Below are positions 1 through 8,345 of a stretch of DNA of 64,000 nt, piece by piece. Under the pieces are notes generated by a model that was given only the letters and a program-made list of their open reading frames with translations, searched no databases and was not told where the DNA came from. This DNA is from Clostridia bacterium (lineage in GTDB: Bacteria; Bacillota; Clostridia; Acetivibrionales; DTU013). How positions within the stretch are numbered: the first letter of the stretch is position 1; each line of letters begins with the position of its first letter. The position numbers were made by a program, and so were the translations under genes. The stretch is taken from contig DATALQ010000013.1 in assembly GCA_036260935.1 (NCBI GenBank), positions 3,080 to 67,079 of the forward strand. The letters are read 5' to 3'.

Positions 1-2182
1 TTGCACTGGTTAATATTGATTCTTTAAGTGCCGACTCTATTATCTCATTACCACCCGCTTGAAACACCTTTGCTCCTGAGAACGCTTCAGCAAGAAGCTC
101 ATTAATCCTGCCTTCTGCCGTATCTCGGATAGTCGCCATGGAAGCCATAGCCTCTTTCCCTTCAGGCGTAGTTGCAATACCTTTTTTCTCTAAAGTAGCA
201 AAAGCAGCCTTGTAGTCTATAAGATAATGACGAATATCATCAGCTGAGCGTTTTGGTATAAAAACAAAGATTGTAGGTGACTGATTTCCTGCCTGTTTTG
301 CATCGACTCTTACGGATTCTTCTTCTATATTCCATCCATTTCTTACCCATATATAAATACGCTCTGCAGAGTCCGCTGGTAACACTGCATCAAAAATCGG
401 ATATACCTCACGACTGACCTTGGATTGTCCTTGAGATAGTGAAATCTTGCCCACTACGTCACCAAACTTTTTCTTAATTCTATCTTCACGCTCTGCAATT
501 AGCCTATGAACTTCATGTTGTAGAACATTCTTTTGGCTTGCGAATTCGTCTAGCCATGCCATATTCTCTTCTGTCTGAATTCTATATTCATCTTTTACTT
601 TCATTAAAAGCTCGCAACTGTCTAAGAGAGCAGGTAGCTTACTACGCAGCGTAGAGCTACCTGCAGATAGGTTATCTACCATCAAATCTGCTAGGACATC
701 AGCAGTAGCTTTAATTCCAATTTCTTGATTGCTTCCAGCAAGTTTATTTATGAGGAAAATGAGCCCACATGCTCGAGCCATTAACTTTTCATCATTTCCC
801 TGGGCAATCCAACTCATTGTTTTTTCATGTACCTTACGGGGTAATACCCGTGCATGTAAAAGTTTATCAGCAAGATCAAAATAAAGGTAATCTGCTGGTA
901 TAACGCTACCCAATTCTTCGTTTAGATTTGTCTGTGCAGCTTTATGAACCATACTAAGTTGATTTCGTAGTTGACTGTCCGTTCCAGTCTGGTCAAGCAC
1001 TCTTAAAGTGTACTCCCAGAATCTTCTCCGAACCGGAAGAATGGGATAATCCTGTGTAAAATACTGCGAATCTTTATTGTTATGCGCAATTGGTGTTGCT
1101 GCTAAATGCCTGGATATTTCTCCAATATTCTTATCTAACACTTTTCGGATATTATCAAGTGAACCAGGTTTTTTGGCCAGGATTACCTTTCGTATAACTG
1201 CATCCACGTCCGCATCTGATAATTCAATTCTTACTGTGAATCTTCCCTCCAGCTTTTTCAAAAATGCTGTACCTGTTACTGCCGTTTGCCCGGTACCAAT
1301 GAATAGCAGTTTACTACCAATCTGTTTGCAACATGCTTCTACAGCTTCCTGTACATCCATTGCACGTTTGCTATCTTCCCCTATATATTGTTCAATTTCA
1401 TCAAGTACCACTAATGTTAAGGGTAACTGTCCATTTTTAGCTAACGCATCATGTATTGCTTTGATCATCTGGTCGTTGCTAACATCTGCTACATTCGGGT
1501 ACATATTGTTCAGTGTTTCAACGCAAGAAGACGGAGTAGGGAATACCTGGGGTTTTACTTCAGATAAAGCCTGATGAAGCCCCTCGGCTACATAAAGGTT
1601 ATCTATTTCTTCATTCCATTCATACCCTTTGGAATCAACAAGACTTTTTACTTCATCGAAAATGCCTTCTGACTTTAGCCACATAACGAAGCGAGCAATG
1701 GAGTAATTTTCCGGTAAGTCTACAGATTTGAATATAATTCGGAGCAAAGGAAGACGCACACTTCCACCTGCACCTGAACCAAGCGTACCAGAAGCAGCAT
1801 GAAGACCCCCTAATCGTTTTCCTTGTGAGCTTAATTCAATTAGAAGTGTTTTCACACTATCCGGCAAATTCGCCAGACCTCTTGCTGTAGCACCGTTAGG
1901 AAATTTCACATCTTGCCAAAACGCACTTAGCATTTTCACTAAATGTGATTTGCCGGAGCCAAAGAAACCACTAACCCAAACAGCCGGTTGCTGTTCCTGT
2001 CGCAGATTACGAAGGTATGTATCTAATATATGTTCCATACCTTTTTCATATTGTCCATCACATACAAACGTCTCAATCTCGTACTGAAGCACATCCAATT
2101 TCTTATCATTTACACTTGCAACACCTTCATTGACAATCTTTCTTTCAGCAGGGTTAACCGTATAAATTTCTCTATTTAACAT
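1..2182 (-). CDS. brxC: BREX P-loop ATPase BrxC/PglY, N-terminal ~727 aa (3' end off the left edge)
   Basis: Absent from the ORF track because no stop lies in the window. Manual minus-strand translation from ATG 2180-2182 (MLNREIYTVNPAERKIVNEGV...) appears open to position 1. Walker A VSGFFGSGKSH at 1943-1969. GGAGGTG SD just upstream. Follows brxA/brxB in canonical type 1 order. Confidence 0.8.
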   Translation of the reverse strand, partial: MLNREIYTVNPAERKIVNEGVASVNDKKLDVLQYEIETFVCDGQYEKGMEHILDTYLRNLRQEQQPAVWVSGFFGSGKSHLVKMLSAFWQDVKFPNGATARGLANLPDSVKTLLIELSSQGKRLGGLHAASGTLGSGAGGSVRLPLLRIIFKSVDLPENYSIARFVMWLKSEGIFDEVKSLVDSKGYEWNEEIDNLYVAEGLHQALSEVKPQVFPTPSSCVETLNNMYPNVADVSNDQMIKAIHDALAKNGQLPLTLVVLDEIEQYIGEDSKRAMDVQEAVEACCKQIGSKLLFIGTGQTAVTGTAFLKKLEGRFTVRIELSDADVDAVIRKVILAKKPGSLDNIRKVLDKNIGEISRHLAATPIAHNNKDSQYFTQDYPILPVRRRFWEYTLRVLDQTGTDSQLRNQLSMVHKAAQTNLNEELGSVIPADYLYFDLADKLLHARVLPRKVHEKTMSWIAQGNDEKLMARACGLIFLINKLAGSNQEIGIKATADVLADLMVDNLSAGSSTLRSKLPALLDSCELLMKVKDEYRIQTEENMAWLDEFASQKNVLQHEVHRLIAEREDRIKKKFGDVVGKISLSQGQSKVSREVYPIFDAVLPADSAERIYIWVRNGWNIEEESVRVDAKQAGNQSPTIFVFIPKRSADDIRHYLIDYKAAFATLEKKGIATTPEGKEAMASMATIRDTAEGRINELLAEAFSGAKVFQAGGNEIIESALKESILTSA

Positions 2183-2197
2183 ATAGCACCTCCGCCA

Positions 2198-2770
2198 TTA
2201 TATTTCTCTGTCACAGGTTATAGGTAATGCATGATAGTTCCAACCATCATATCCATCTAATAGTCGATAATTATTATTTTCGTAGCTACCTGGAAAGAAA
2301 ACCAACAGGCGCCCCTTGACTTTCGGAGCAAGTCGGTCGACTAACTCCCTTACCTTTATAAAGCCAAAAACTGACCCAACACCAGACAATGCCACGACAT
2401 CATCACTGCCTGCATTTTGTTGTGTAATCAGATCACAAAACTTATTTTCGACGTAATCACCATATCTCTGAATAATGCTTCCCATTAGCTGTGGCTTTTG
2501 GTAATAACTATTGGCATATTTCAACTCGCCCATCCATTCAGCAAATATGTTCGTAAGATCAAAATGGATCCATCCATGGCCCTGATTTTTAGTTGCTATC
2601 TCAAATTCTCCAATTCTTGCACGAAGCCTCCGTTCCTCTGCCTCAGGATACACTCCAAATATAACTCTTTGGGCAGCAGCAATTTCTCTCCATGGAACAG
2701 CAATGCGATTTTCATAATTCTTCAAAAGTGTCTCAATTTTATTCACGCAGCCATTCCACCTCCTCTGCAC
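2198..2770 (-). CDS. brxB: BREX protein BrxB (DUF1788)
   Basis: 190-aa ORF. C-terminal VVALSGVGSVFGFIKVRELVDRL...LLVFFPGSYENNNYRLL matches my memory of the BrxB signature (LTGVG...FFPG.Y....RLF). The true start may be GTG at 2746 (MNKIETLL), giving an 8-nt overlap with brxA. Confidence 0.8.
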   Translation of the reverse strand: MQRRWNGCVNKIETLLKNYENRIAVPWREIAAAQRVIFGVYPEAEERRLRARIGEFEIATKNQGHGWIHFDLTNIFAEWMGELKYANSYYQKPQLMGSIIQRYGDYVENKFCDLITQQNAGSDDVVALSGVGSVFGFIKVRELVDRLAPKVKGRLLVFFPGSYENNNYRLLDGYDGWNYHALPITCDREI

Positions 2771-3524
2771 TTATTAGATTAGGAAACAGGATTTCCATTA
2801 CATTCCCAATCCGCTTGAATACTATCCAACCTCGCTGCGAGGCTATTTCAGCTAACTCTATCGCTTTTTCGCGAGAGCAATCCATCATCTTCATAAAAAC
2901 TGTTTCAAACAATTCGGGACCTCTATTCCCACATAAATATCCTAAGTAGAGAGCGTACGCAATGGCAGCCGGTTTCGCTTTTGCCCGAGCTCTAGTTTTT
3001 TTTGCCCTTCCTGTTAAGTGACCACTCTTAGTCCAGGTTGAATTTATGTTCTGCGCAACTGATTTCAACGTTGCTATGCTAAATCTTCCTGGTTCAAGGG
3101 CATCGATAAATGATTCCATTGTTTCTCTGTGCAAAACAGCTGTTTCAGGGGTGTCTAGAATAAGTTTGTGTGAACTTTTTAAAAGAGAATCTCTAGTACA
3201 CGCACAAAGTAAAGCAAGAAGCGCTCTTGAATCAGGTTCCCTTTTCCAGAAATAAAGTAAATTCCTGAATAGCGGTAACTGAGGATCTAGCGAATAAAGC
3301 TCAATCAAGTGTCTCGCTGTTAAGGTTTTTGACTTAGTTGACCGCTTACTTAAGCAATTTTCTTCAATAATTACATTTGATATCTGTTTCTCATCAATTG
3401 GATCAGGAACAGCTAAAAGCAATCGTTCAAGTTCCTCAAACATATTCGTTCTTGCTATATGTACACTATTTCTTTGAAAAGTGAATCCGAACTTTTCTAA
3501 TGTATGTTTGTTCAACTTATTCAC
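2739..3524 (-). CDS. brxA: BREX protein BrxA (DUF1819)
   Basis: 261-aa ORF, first gene of the operon. The layout (FSIATLKSVAQNINSTWTKSGHLT ... AAIAYALYLGYLCG ... ASQRGWIVFKRIGNVMEILF) parallels recalled E. coli BrxA blocks. Confidence 0.7.
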   Translation of the reverse strand: MNKLNKHTLEKFGFTFQRNSVHIARTNMFEELERLLLAVPDPIDEKQISNVIIEENCLSKRSTKSKTLTARHLIELYSLDPQLPLFRNLLYFWKREPDSRALLALLCACTRDSLLKSSHKLILDTPETAVLHRETMESFIDALEPGRFSIATLKSVAQNINSTWTKSGHLTGRAKKTRARAKAKPAAIAYALYLGYLCGNRGPELFETVFMKMMDCSREKAIELAEIASQRGWIVFKRIGNVMEILFPNLISAEEVEWLRE

Positions 3525-3802
3525 GCTCTTTTCTGCAAATTAAGAATAGCCCGAAAAATGCAAATTCAGTTTCTTACTTTATTATAATAATTTTATGCAG
3601 GTCTTTCAAAGGCAAGGTAATTATTTTCCTTTTTAACCGCCTAGTATTAGTCATTACCTTATCTCAGGTAAAAAGCTAACGTTTATAACTTCTACAAAAG
3701 GTTACAATATCCTCCATTATTCTCATCACAAAATAACTTTTAACGTAGGTAGCCGAGAATTCCCCCCAATAACAAGTGTCTGTTTTAGTAATTTCCTCGT
3801 CG

Positions 3803-3868
3803 GAAGTCTTTTTTCATTTTTGAGCCCTCAATCAGAGTCGAACTATGACCTCATCCGTACCCATGGAT
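3803..3868 (-). repeat. Diverged direct copy of the tRNA-Thr 3' half plus 19 nt of 3' flank (att-like scar)
   Basis: 3803-3868 aligns with 4081-4147 with a few mismatches or indels (ggaagtcttttttcattt(t)tGagccctcaatcagagtcgaact(g)atgacctcatcc.tacc(c)atggat). There is no matching 5' half, so it cannot fold as a tRNA. Confidence 0.75.
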
Positions 3869-4054
3869 ACTCTGAGGTGTAAAAAGCTGCGCATTACTGC
3901 GTCAAACTGCATGCCTCCGGTGCTCACATATCGCATATGCTCCGCTCCTCGGCATTTGTTTTCCTTGTACTGCTTGCTTTTCCACCACATGCTCTACCGG
4001 CAGAGCGCTTCGATCATAGGGATGTGATGATGAGTCAGCCTCGGAGTAAGATTT

Positions 4055-4101
4055 CCAAAATGAAAAAAGACTTCCTTGTTGGAAGTCTTTTTTCATTTTG
4101 G
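4055..4101 (-). terminator. Perfect 21-bp stem hairpin immediately 3' of tRNA-Thr
   Basis: ccaaaatgaaaaaagacttcc (4055-4075), loop ttgtt, ggaagtcttttttcattttgg (4081-4101). One arm overlaps the CCA end. There is no clean U-tract after the stem on the minus strand, so terminator function is inferred. Confidence 0.45.
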
Positions 4102-4174
4102 AGCCCTCAATCAGAGTCGAACTGATGACCTCATCCTTACCATGGATGCGCTCTGCCAACTGAGCTATGAGGGC
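4099..4174 (-). tRNA. tRNA-Thr (anticodon GGT), CCA encoded
   Basis: Reverse complement GCCCTCA-TA-GCTC-AGTTGGCA-GAGC-G-CATCC-ATGGTAA-GGATG-AGGTC-ATCAG-TTCGACT-CTGAT-TGAGGGC-T-CCA folds as a canonical cloverleaf. Confidence 0.9.
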
Positions 4175-4270
4175 ATTTTGTTTTGCAGGCTGGTGGCTAA
4201 AATAATAATCAGCCGACAGTTACTACTGCTGTTGGCCTGCAGCAGCCTGAGTTTAAGCCGCTGAAGGCTT

Positions 4271-4344
4271 TGGAGCGGGTGAAGGGAATCGAACCCTCAC
4301 AATCAGCTTGGGAAGCTGATGTTCTACCACTGAACTACACCCGC
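4271..4344 (-). tRNA. tRNA-Gly (anticodon CCC), CCA encoded
   Basis: Reverse complement GCGGGTG-TA-GTTC-AGTGGTA-GAAC-A-TCAGC-TTCCCAA-GCTGA-TTGT-GAGGG-TTCGATT-CCCTT-CACCCGC-T-CCA. Confidence 0.9.
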
Positions 4345-4474
4345 AAGTTATTTAGTTCAACGGGCAAGTCGTATTATAACACACTCCAATCCGATTTGTC
4401 CAGTACATAATATTTGCACTTTTAAGCATTTTTTATCCTGTCATTTTATGTATATAAGCTCTTCGGAGTATGTA

Positions 4475-5170
4475 TCAGATCCTGCCTTCTTCGAGGTATT
4501 TCTCGAGCTTTCTCTTCACCCGCTGCAGTGCGTTGTCTATCGATTTGACGTGCCTGCGGAGTTCGACCGAGATTTCCTGGTATGTACGTCCCTGCAGGTA
4601 AAGCGAAAGGACCTGCCATTCCAGATTGCTGAGGATCTCACCCATCTTTACTTCGATCCCCGCAAATTCTTCCCGGTTGATCATCATTTCCTCGGGGTCG
4701 CTTACGCTCTCTTCGCTGATGACGTCGAGCAGCGTGCGGTCGGATTCTTCGTCGAATATCGGCTTGTTGAGGGATACGTAGGAGTTCAGGGGAATATGTT
4801 TCTGCCTGGTGGCTGTCTTGATCGCCGTTATGATCTGCCTCGTGATGCACAACTCCGCAAAGGCCCTGAAGGACGAAAGCTTGTCCCCTCTGAAATCGCG
4901 AATTGCTTTATAAAGGCCGATCATACCTTCCTGTATGATATCCTCTCTGTCGGCTCCAATAAGAAAGTAAGTCCTGGCCTTTGCCCGAACAAAACTTTTA
5001 TATTTGTTGATCAGAAATTCGAGGGCCTGGTCATCACCGGTTTTCGCTTCCCTGATGATTTCCTCGTCACTTGCCGGATTGATACTTATGTGTGCCTCGG
5101 CTTGAGCATTCGGCTTCAAATTTTTGCCCCCCAATATGTACTGTAAATTAAATGCAAAAAGGCAGGTCAA
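4475..5170 (-). CDS. sigH: RNA polymerase sporulation sigma factor SigH
   Basis: Regions 2-4 are recognisable (DREDIIQEGMIGLYKAIRDF, RQKHIPLNSYVSL, LSNLEWQVLSLYLQGRTYQEISVELRRHVKSIDNALQRVKRKL). The real start is probably TTG at 5119, preceded by a GGGGGG SD (about 214 aa). Confidence 0.9.
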   Translation of the reverse strand: MTCLFAFNLQYILGGKNLKPNAQAEAHISINPASDEEIIREAKTGDDQALEFLINKYKSFVRAKARTYFLIGADREDIIQEGMIGLYKAIRDFRGDKLSSFRAFAELCITRQIITAIKTATRQKHIPLNSYVSLNKPIFDEESDRTLLDVISEESVSDPEEMMINREEFAGIEVKMGEILSNLEWQVLSLYLQGRTYQEISVELRRHVKSIDNALQRVKRKLEKYLEEGRI

Positions 5171-5571
5171 CTGGAAAATTACCTGACCTAATTATATGAA
5201 ATGCGCATTTTTATGTCAAGCTGTAACTTGCTCCAGCGCAGTCCTTCAAGGCTCTCCGACAACTCTGGGCACATACGTAACCCGATCTTCCCCGAATGAA
5301 ATGTCTTGGGAAATAATTCCATCTTCTGCCCAGTCTTTTTGAGTTTCCCGCAAACCGTTCCGCCTGATATCTCTTCGGTGTCGCCAGCAACCCTTTTCCG
5401 ATAGAAGCGTTTTCAGGCTGTGACCCCTGCCCTGTGCGTATTTCCCGGCTCACGTACAAATTACTCTATAATATTATCGGCAATTTCATTTTCTTTTGTA
5501 TATCGAATTTCATTATTGACATAAATATTCTTTAATTCATAACAACTCTTTTGATCAACGGCATATACGAA

Positions 5572-7191
5572 TCAGAATTTCTTTATGTTCCTTTGCCTTA
5601 ATATTTCATAAGTGACGATAGCCCCTGCTACGGCAGCATTTAAAGAAGATATCTTCCCCAGCATCGGTATGTTGACGACAAAATCGCAGCTTTCGCGAAC
5701 GAGTTTTCCCATGCCCTCGCCTTCACTGCCAATAACCAGCGCGACAGGACCTGCCAGATCGCTTTCGAAATATGCCTTTTCACCCGTCGAATCCGTTCCT
5801 ACTACCCAGATATTCTCTTTTTTCAGGCTCTCGATGGTTTGAACTATATTTGTTACACGTGCAACCGGTACATATTCTATGGCGCCGGCCGAAGCTTTTG
5901 AAACGGCGGCTGTGAGCCCTATCGCACGCCGCTTCGGGATGATTATTCCATGAACGCCCGCAGCGTTTGCCGTTCTCAGAATGGAGCCGAGGTTGTATGG
6001 ATCGGTGAGTTCGTCAAGTATTATGATGAATGGCGGTCTGCCGCTTTCCTCAGCTATTTGAAGTATCTTTTCCACTTCGACATAATCCTTGGCGGCGGCG
6101 AGCGCAATGACTCCCTGGTGGGCATGTGTGACGGACATCTCGTCGAGCTTTCCCCTGTCGACTTCCTGTATAAGTATATGGTTCTGCCTGGCCATTGCTA
6201 TGATCTGATTTACCGAGCCTTCACGTTCGCCCTTTGAAACAAATATCTTGTTGATACTCCTGCCGGATTTCAGCGCTTCAATGACCGAGTTTCTTCCCTC
6301 CAGTTTGTCGAGGTCCTCCTGCATTCCTGCCTGATCGGCATCCTGCCTGTCAGAACGTGAAAACTTGTCTTCCGATGCGGACTTTTTCGCATTTGTATTA
6401 TACATGGAGGATGTATCGCGGCGGTTGGGTGAAAATCCTTTACGGCCAGGTGAAATCTCATTACGCTCGGATGAAATTTCTCTGTCTTCGGGCGACGCTG
6501 TACGGTAATTGGCGGCTGTACCCCTGTTATCCGATTCCGTATATTTTCTATTATAAGCCGGTGCATCTTTTTTGCTGTAAGCCGATGCGGTATCTTTTCT
6601 GCCGTAGGCTGATGCACCTTCTTTTTTACCGTAGCCCGATACGCCATCTTTCCTGCCGTAGGCCGATGCGCCTTCCTTCCTGCCGTAGCCCGATGCGCCA
6701 TCTTTCCTACCGTAAGCCGGAGCGCCTTCTTTCCTGCCGTATGCCGATGTGCTGTCTTTTCTAGCGTAGCTCGATGCGCCATCTTTCCTGCCGTAAGCCG
6801 GTGCGCCTTCTTTCCGATCGTAGCCCGAGCCGGTGTCTTTCCTGCCGTAGCTCGATGCGCCATCTTTCCTGCCATATGCCGATGCGCCGTCTTTCCTGTC
6901 GTAGCCCGATGCGCCGTCTTTCCTGCCGTAGCCCGATGCTCCGTCTTTCCTGCCGTAAGCCGGAGCCCCACCTGGTGCAGTTGTTCCACGCCTGCCGGGT
7001 GCTTCGCCTGTCCTATCGGACGGGCCGCGACTGCCCCGGGTATTGTCTGAAAACTCTCCAAAATCGTCTCTGCTCTTCGAATAAGAACCTGATCGGCCTT
7101 TTGAGCTTCCTCTGTTTTCGGGTCTACCTGGCTTTTTATCAAAACGACCGCCACGGTCGTTGGAGCCAAAATCGTTTTTCCTTTTTTCCAT
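5572..7191 (-). CDS. rlmB: 23S rRNA (guanosine-2'-O)-methyltransferase RlmB (SpoU/TrmH) with a ~290-aa repeat-rich N-terminal extension
   Basis: The C-terminal 250 aa is canonical RlmB (LEGRNSVIEALKSGR..., ILDELTDPYNLGSILRTANAAG, ALVIGSEGEGM, PMLGKISSLNAAVA). The position between mrnC and sigH is as in Bacillus. Confidence 0.9.
   Translation of the reverse strand: MEKRKNDFGSNDRGGRFDKKPGRPENRGSSKGRSGSYSKSRDDFGEFSDNTRGSRGPSDRTGEAPGRRGTTAPGGAPAYGRKDGASGYGRKDGASGYDRKDGASAYGRKDGASSYGRKDTGSGYDRKEGAPAYGRKDGASSYARKDSTSAYGRKEGAPAYGRKDGASGYGRKEGASAYGRKDGVSGYGKKEGASAYGRKDTASAYSKKDAPAYNRKYTESDNRGTAANYRTASPEDREISSERNEISPGRKGFSPNRRDTSSMYNTNAKKSASEDKFSRSDRQDADQAGMQEDLDKLEGRNSVIEALKSGRSINKIFVSKGEREGSVNQIIAMARQNHILIQEVDRGKLDEMSVTHAHQGVIALAAAKDYVEVEKILQIAEESGRPPFIIILDELTDPYNLGSILRTANAAGVHGIIIPKRRAIGLTAAVSKASAGAIEYVPVARVTNIVQTIESLKKENIWVVGTDSTGEKAYFESDLAGPVALVIGSEGEGMGKLVRESCDFVVNIPMLGKISSLNAAVAGAIVTYEILRQRNIKKF
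6549..6972 (-). repeat. About 15 tandem 27-bp units encoding (A/S)xYGRKDGAS inside rlmB
   Basis: Peptide run AYGRKDGASGYGRKDGASGYDRKDGASAYGRKDGASSYGRKD... All three minus and plus frames stay open here, which explains the spurious overlapping ORFs in the track. Confidence 0.9.
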
Positions 7192-7199
7192 GCGGTTAT

Positions 7200-7650
7200 A
7201 TACCCTTTCTGTTTTCTCCGATTTATTTCGGTTCTTCGGTTATTTTGGTTCTTGCGGTTCTACGGATCTTTCGGTTATTTTGGGTCCTTCTGGTTCTTTC
7301 TGGTTCTATCCGGTTGTTCGGATTCATTCGGTTATTTCATTTCTCTCTGGTTCATTTGATTCTTCCGGTTCTAATGGTTTTCCCCGATTCAATCAAGGTT
7401 CATTTCGGCTAATATGGTTGCTTCTGTTTTTCCGATTCTGTCTGGCTCTAGCCGGCTCTCGAATGCTTACAGTTATTTCATTTCTCACCAGTTCTTTCGG
7501 CTCTTCTGGTTCCTTCCGGCTCTAACCGATTATCGAATACTTCCGGTTATTCCATACTTCGCCGATTCCTTCCGGGTTTCCCGGTTCTTTCAGTTCTTTC
7601 AGATTTCTCGGATACTTTCGGATTACTTCCTATTTTCTTATTCTTGCAAG
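7200..7650. repeat. Degenerate 9-bp satellite (plus TTCGGTTCT, minus AGAACCGAA), non-coding, between mrnC and rlmB
   Basis: Runs such as ttcggttct tcggttatt ttggttctt gcggttcta cggatcttt cggttattt tgggtcctt ctggttctt repeat over about 450 bp. The track shows no minus-strand ORF of 60 aa or more. The plus ORFs here are F/S/G-rich artefacts. Confidence 0.8.
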
Positions 7651-7659
7651 TTTTATGGT

Positions 7660-8118
7660 TTATATGCTGCCTTTATCGCTTTGATCCCGGGCGCCCTGAC
7701 TTTGTCCCAGCGAGATCCTCAATACTTCCTGCAACCTCGTATAATCGGCCTTCAAATAAAGATAGCCCAGCAGCGACTCGAAGCCTGTGGCATATTTATA
7801 ATCGGTAACGTCTGCGTTTTTGGGAATAGTGCCTGATTTTGCGTTCCTCCCGCGCCTGACAACATCCTGCTCTTCAGGCGTCAGAACCTCCATCAGGCTG
7901 TGGATGGTGTCGGATTGTGCTTTGGCTTTGACGAAGGAGATGGACTGCTTATGGAGCTTATGTACCGGCGCGTTGCCCTTACTGATCAGATAGGTGCGGA
8001 TATAGAGCTCATAGACCGCGTCACCCGCATAAGCAAGCACAAGGGGGGAATATGTCTTCACGTCTTCCTGCTTGACGTTCAAATTACTGCGAATTGCACC
8101 GAATATACTTTCATCCAT
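7660..8118 (-). CDS. mrnC: Mini-ribonuclease 3 (Mini-III, MrnC/YazC)
   Basis: LVLAYAGDAVYELYIRTYL...SFVKAKAQS...RRGRNAKSGTIPKNA...YKYATGFESLLGYLYL is the Mini-III signature. It is syntenic with rlmB. Confidence 0.85.
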   Translation of the reverse strand: MDESIFGAIRSNLNVKQEDVKTYSPLVLAYAGDAVYELYIRTYLISKGNAPVHKLHKQSISFVKAKAQSDTIHSLMEVLTPEEQDVVRRGRNAKSGTIPKNADVTDYKYATGFESLLGYLYLKADYTRLQEVLRISLGQSQGARDQSDKGSI

Positions 8119-8345
8119 TCTATAAAATACCTCTGGTGAGTATTATATCCTATTTGTTGTCCAATGTGAATATGATTTGCACCTGACACACAATCACAAA
8201 CAACAATTGCTCACAGTAAACATATCCCCCGTTTTGCCTGCGGTAAAGCATGAGTAAAATCAAGCCTTTCAAGTACCTGCTTGCCTTTTTCTCTTACAAG
8301 CATATCACCAATTGGCTCTGCCCGTTTTAAGTATGACCGGTATGT

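Larger units (their letters stand above)
1..3868. mobile_element. Right end of an AT-rich, tRNA-Thr-associated genomic island carrying BREX
   Basis: Composition is visibly AT-richer than everything right of 4.4 kb (by eye, not computed). It is bounded by a displaced partial tRNA-Thr copy at 3803-3868. No integrase lies in the window. Confidence 0.5.

Noticed and set aside
1077-1574. 165-aa plus-strand ORF
   Set aside because: It lies antisense inside the much longer, motif-bearing brxC frame and has no SD. Its composition is Ser/Ile-rich mirror-frame junk.
3845-4264. Four 60-85-aa ORFs on both strands
   Set aside because: They overlap the tRNA-Thr gene, its hairpin and the att-like repeat. 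No SDs are present, and the region is better explained by tRNA-related sequence.
5211-5459. 82-aa Arg-rich ORF in the rlmB-sigH spacer; also tested as a yacP pseudogene and as a c-di-GMP-I riboswitch
   Set aside because: No NYN/YacP motifs appear in any frame. Only the first half-motif (ACGCACAGGGCA) of GEMM-I is present and the GACGCAAAGC half is missing. Kept only as a low-interest finding.
6270-7836. Long alternative-frame ORFs (299 aa minus; 135, 212, 121 and 140 aa plus)
   Set aside because: They are artefacts of stop-free tandem repeats in rlmB and of the T/G-rich 9-bp satellite. The products are monotonous (R/H/K/T or F/S/G/L) with no start signals.
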